In this document: positions 62,923 through 64,000 of the stretch, piece by piece
Layout of the letters: the number at the start of each line of letters is the position of its first letter
Position numbering within the stretch: the first letter of the stretch is position 1
NCBI RefSeq assembly: GCF_018350175.1
Contig: NC_058383.1
Location: 30,878,001 to 30,942,000 of the forward strand
From: Felis catus
Taxonomy: Eukaryota
Reading direction: 5' to 3'
Length of the DNA: 64,000 nucleotides
Notes under the pieces: generated by a model
Databases searched by the model: none
Told to the model about the DNA's origin: nothing
What the model saw: the letters and a program-made list of their open reading frames with translations, nothing else
Program-made: the position numbers and the translations under genes

Positions 62923-64000
62923 CTGCCATCAGGAAAGGGGAGAAGGGAGAGAGAAAACGCATCCTGGTTACCGCGGTTGGCATAATCACGCAAGAATCCT
63001 GCCTCCCAATGATGCTTACACATTTCCTGTTCAGAACAAGGTGAGAAAGCAGTTACTGGAAAACAAGAAGAGACTGTGTGGAAGGATGGTTAGAGACGGT
63101 GTTGGGGTAATATTCCCCATATTCCATGAGGAATCTTGATTACCTTCACAGAAAAAGGACTGTTAATCCTATCGAGATAATAGCAGGCCTATAAAATCGT
63201 GTAATTTTGGAGCTCTAAAGACCTGGTTAGGATCTGAGATACAAGATACCAGAAGAGTAGTGGACAAAACAACCACTGCCACCATGATGAACACAGACGC
63301 ACCGAGGACATAAACACAAAAGGTCAACGTCTGCCCCCAGACGGCTCCACCCTTCCCTGTCACGATACACCAGCACCTGGAAGGCACAGCACAGCTGCCG
63401 TTCCTGACTCAGAAGGGCCCCGGGAGAACACAATTCGGTCCAAGAAACTCCACTGCCTGGCAGGATGGCAGGTTCCCCGTAAAGCAGGTACCGAAAGGGT
63501 CAGCACCAGAAGATGTTCAATAAATGGCGGTATTACGGTCACGGCCAGGGCATGAGCTCCTGATCGGATCTGAAGTGGCCAGAATTTAAGGATGTGGATC
63601 AAAACCAAGAGGAAAGAGTGCAAAGGGGGAGGGTGTGGGCAACTGAGGAAGAGAGCATTGACTTCACACACTACACCTGTCAGAGCTTTCCTGTTACCAC
63701 AATCTGCATCTTTCTTCATAACAATCTGCCCCCCCCAACCCCTTCATAGATGAGCAAACAGGCTCAGGGAGGCTGAGACCTTGCCAAGGCCACACATGCA
63801 GGAAGTGGGTCTGAATTCAGATCTGTCCAACCGCAAAGGCTTTTCTGCCAAACCCTCAGCAAACACAGGGAAAACCCGCTGTGGGGTGGAAGGAGGTGAG
63901 ACCTGGACCCTTTCCCGGGGGCTGGAGATGCCAGAAGGCACTCCTTAAAGACACAGTGGGTTCTCTCCGAGGCAGGAGGATGCCATGATTATGGAGCCTG

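Noticed and set aside
1..64000. CRISPR arrays, operons, intact retroviral or transposase ORFs, or a novel multi-gene system
   Set aside because: This is mammalian intronic DNA. I saw no repeat-spacer arrays and no RT, integrase or transposase ORFs; all coding signal is explained by three SNX29 exons and one RPL23A pseudogene.

Overview
Eukaryotic (mammalian) genomic DNA. The many carnivore tRNA-derived SINEs are of the feline type, so this is most likely a felid. The window lies inside SNX29 (sorting nexin 29), transcribed on the minus strand. Three consecutive coding exons are present: 62922-62867 (56 bp), 59962-59881 (82 bp) and 2708-2568 (141 bp). They have GT-AG boundaries and compatible phases and splice to VPGDLSQTSEDQSLSDFEI-SNRALINVWIPSVFLRGKAANAFHVYQ-VYIRIKDDEWNVYRRYTEFRALHHKLQNKYPQVRGYSFPPKKAIGNK, the start of the PX domain. 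About 57 kb is a single intron. The non-coding DNA carries CanSINEs, MIR, L1/L2/CR1, MaLR LTRs, DNA-transposon MITEs and a decayed 5'-truncated RPL23A processed pseudogene. Nearly all ORFs in the track are noise. I found no convincing new biological system. The best second-look items are a three-SINE array inside one target-site duplication whose outer copies share private 5' variants, a ~550 bp diverged local duplication with an identical core, AT-to-GC drift in old repeats, a possible cryptic micro-exon, and several candidate regulatory elements. Repeat family names and gene identities come from recalled consensus sequences, not database searches, and repeat boundaries are approximate.
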